Below, in pieces: positions 61,745 through 63,976 of a stretch of 63,976 nucleotides of DNA. The stretch covers positions 47,723,897-47,787,872 of the forward strand of contig NC_068994.1 of the NCBI RefSeq assembly GCF_001194135.2, read 5' to 3'. A program made the position numbers and the translations under genes. How positions within the stretch are numbered: position 1 is the first letter of the stretch; each line of letters opens with the position of its first letter. Under the pieces are notes generated by a model, which worked only from the letters and a program-made list of their open reading frames with translations, was not told the DNA's origin and did not search any database. The stretch is from Octopus bimaculoides (taxonomy: Eukaryota).

Positions 61745-62340
61745 CGAGGGTGGACTGAAAAGTTCATAGGCTGACTATGAAGGAGTGATGCTAGAGCTGA
61801 GAAATCTTGCATGCATTAATTTAAGCTCTTCTCATTGGTGATTGCATTGTTTCTTTCCAGGTAAACTGACATCTGACTGTTCAAAGAAGACTTCAAAAGT
61901 AACTAGTAGTAACTTCTCTTAAAAATGGACAAAATGTGGCATTGTGGTGTTATTGAGTACCTGCATAAAAAGGGTTTAGTCTCCACAAGGACAATCCTGC
62001 TGACATGGTTGCTACATTAGAAGACACTCCAGCTTTATCAACAGTGCAAAAGTGGGCAGCTGAATTTAGGAGGGGAACGGAGAGTGTTGAAGATTACCCG
62101 AGGTCTGGATGTCCTACAACTGACACCACCAGGGAAAACAATGATCATGTTCACCGCATGGTGTTGGATGACAGGCAATTGACTATAAATCAAACAGCCA
62201 ATGCTATTAACATAACCTGTGAGAGAGTTGAGAATATTCAGCCCAATGAACTTGGCATGACAAAGGTTTCTGGTTGGTAGGTGCCACGTCTTCTGGCACC
62301 TGATCAAAAGCGCACCAGGCTGATCACACCGTGGAGTGGG
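61745..62340 (+). mobile_element. Mariner (Tc1/mariner) transposon 5' part with a disabled transposase, truncated by the gap
   Basis: TA|CGAGGGTGGACTGAAAAG terminus. ATG at 61925 (MDKMWHCGVIEYLHKKG), then a frameshift, then STVQKWAAEFRRG...EDYPRSGCP and SGW*VPRLL (the WVPRLL motif with a W-to-stop change). Confidence 0.9.
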
Positions 62341-62899
62341 NNNNNNNNNNNNNNNNNNNNNNNNNNNNNNNNNNNNNNNNNNNNNNNNNNNNNNNNNNNN
62401 NNNNNNNNNNNNNNNNNNNNNNNNNNNNNNNNNNNNNNNNNNNNNNNNNNNNNNNNNNNNNNNNNNNNNNNNNNNNNNNNNNNNNNNNNNNNNNNNNNNN
62501 NNNNNNNNNNNNNNNNNNNNNNNNNNNNNNNNNNNNNNNNNNNNNNNNNNNNNNNNNNNNNNNNNNNNNNNNNNNNNNNNNNNNNNNNNNNNNNNNNNNN
62601 NNNNNNNNNNNNNNNNNNNNNNNNNNNNNNNNNNNNNNNNNNNNNNNNNNNNNNNNNNNNNNNNNNNNNNNNNNNNNNNNNNNNNNNNNNNNNNNNNNNN
62701 CACACACACACACACACACACACACACTGTTTTACAGACAGTTGTATTGACACTTGACTTACTGTCTACAATTTTGTGTAAACAGAATATTGTGGAAAAC
62801 TAATTTATACTTATTTCAATTACATATTTGCAGTGGTAAAGGTTGGCATTCTTTTATCTGAACATAACACACACACACACACATATTTTGGTACAACCC

Positions 62900-63100
62900 C
62901 AACGATTTCAAGGAATGGTGATGGTCGATTACATCCACTCTGGTACTTGACTGATGATACTTTATCTTATCAACCCCAAAAAGATGAAAGGCAAAGTCAA
63001 CCTCAGCAGAATTTGAACTCAGTGCATAGAGAGTCAGAAAAAATGCCACTAAGTATTTTGTCCGATACACTATAGATTCTGCCAGTTTGCTACCTTAATG
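62900..63100 (-). mobile_element. SINE family B, reverse copy
   Basis: GATGAAAGGCAAAGTCAACCTCAGCAGAATTTGAACTCAG. Confidence 0.75.
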
Positions 63101-63976
63101 ATAAGAAGAATGATAATAGTTTCTGATTTAGGCATAAGGCCAGTAATTCTGGGGAGAGGAAATAGTCAATTACATTGACAACTATTAGTACTTAATTTTA
63201 TTGATCCTACAGTAATGAAAGGCAAAGTTGTCTATGACAGGATCTAGACTCTGGAGACCCAGAACAAATACTGCAAGGCATTTTATCCAATACTTGAACA
63301 ATTCTACCTATCCACTGCCATGATAATGATTTTAAATTTAGGTACAATGCCATGGGATGAAAGGCAAAGTCGTTCTGGTTATAAAGAGGTAAAATAATTC
63401 TGTTACTCACTACTTCTATTATAATGAGGATTTTTAATATGGTTTGGTTTCAAGGCCATGAATTTTGGCAGTTGGTCATATCCAAGTAATTGACTGGTAT
63501 TATTTTATTGATTCCAGTGGAGTGAAAGGCAAAAGCAACCCTGACAGAATTTGTGCTCTGAAAAAGAGCTGGAACTAAATATTGCAAAGTATATATATTT
63601 CAGCACTTTGCAAATTCTGCCAACCTACCATTTCTAAAAGACAGAATGTGATGGGAATAGCATATTCAGTTTAGCCAACCCTGTTATATACAACTGGTAT
63701 CTGTTATATATAACCTTTCTGCTATATTTCCTTCAAATTACTGCCTTGAAAAAAATGAAGGCTACAGTGGCTAATATAGTATTAAATACATTTTAGTAGG
63801 ATGGTCTTGGCTGGAAAACCTTTGATCACAGCTCTGTTCTGTCAGGGTTGAACTAGTATTAAACCATACCAACCAACCAGCTAGCACTTATTTTATCAAC
63901 CCTCTTGAAATGATAATGCTTGGTAAAAGTTAACTTGAGTGCTAATTGAACTTGGAATCTAGAGGTATGAGATTAA

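Noticed and set aside
61602-63976. Search for GPAT exon 4 (expected to resemble AIxDDEVTKRFSAEEL)
   Set aside because: Not found in readable sequence; it probably lies beyond the window or in the 62341-62700 gap.

Overview
This is an AT-rich, microsatellite- and SINE-dense eukaryotic draft-assembly window with six N gaps. The repeat families and gene structures suggest a coleoid cephalopod, probably an octopus (inference). There are three protein-coding loci. (1) A 5'-open single-exon ORF of at least 10.2 kb (1-10236, +) encodes an unidentified, probably disordered Ser/Glu/Lys-rich protein with a 107-aa N-terminal tandem repeat. (2) A complete four-exon ATP synthase subunit e gene (ATP5ME, minus strand, 35132 to 27103) encodes 81 aa; I reconstructed it by hand from the splice sites. 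(3) The first three coding exons of a GPAT3/4-family glycerol-3-phosphate acyltransferase (+, starting 38985, 20-kb first intron) continue beyond the window. ATP5ME and GPAT are divergent and share a CpG-retaining domain. The rest is several SINE families, RTE, HERO-like and mariner remnants, piggyBac-type MITEs and simple repeats. The most notable observation is at 37122-37517: a tRNA-headed putative Pol III unit carrying a minimal Penelope-type hammerhead ribozyme inside a 98-bp fold-back, with two decayed relatives elsewhere in the window. Other highlights are a 59-bp perfect-hairpin mini-element with an 8-bp TSD, a candidate recursive splice site at 14584/14585, and phase-0 consensus splice donors in every repeat unit of the giant exon.
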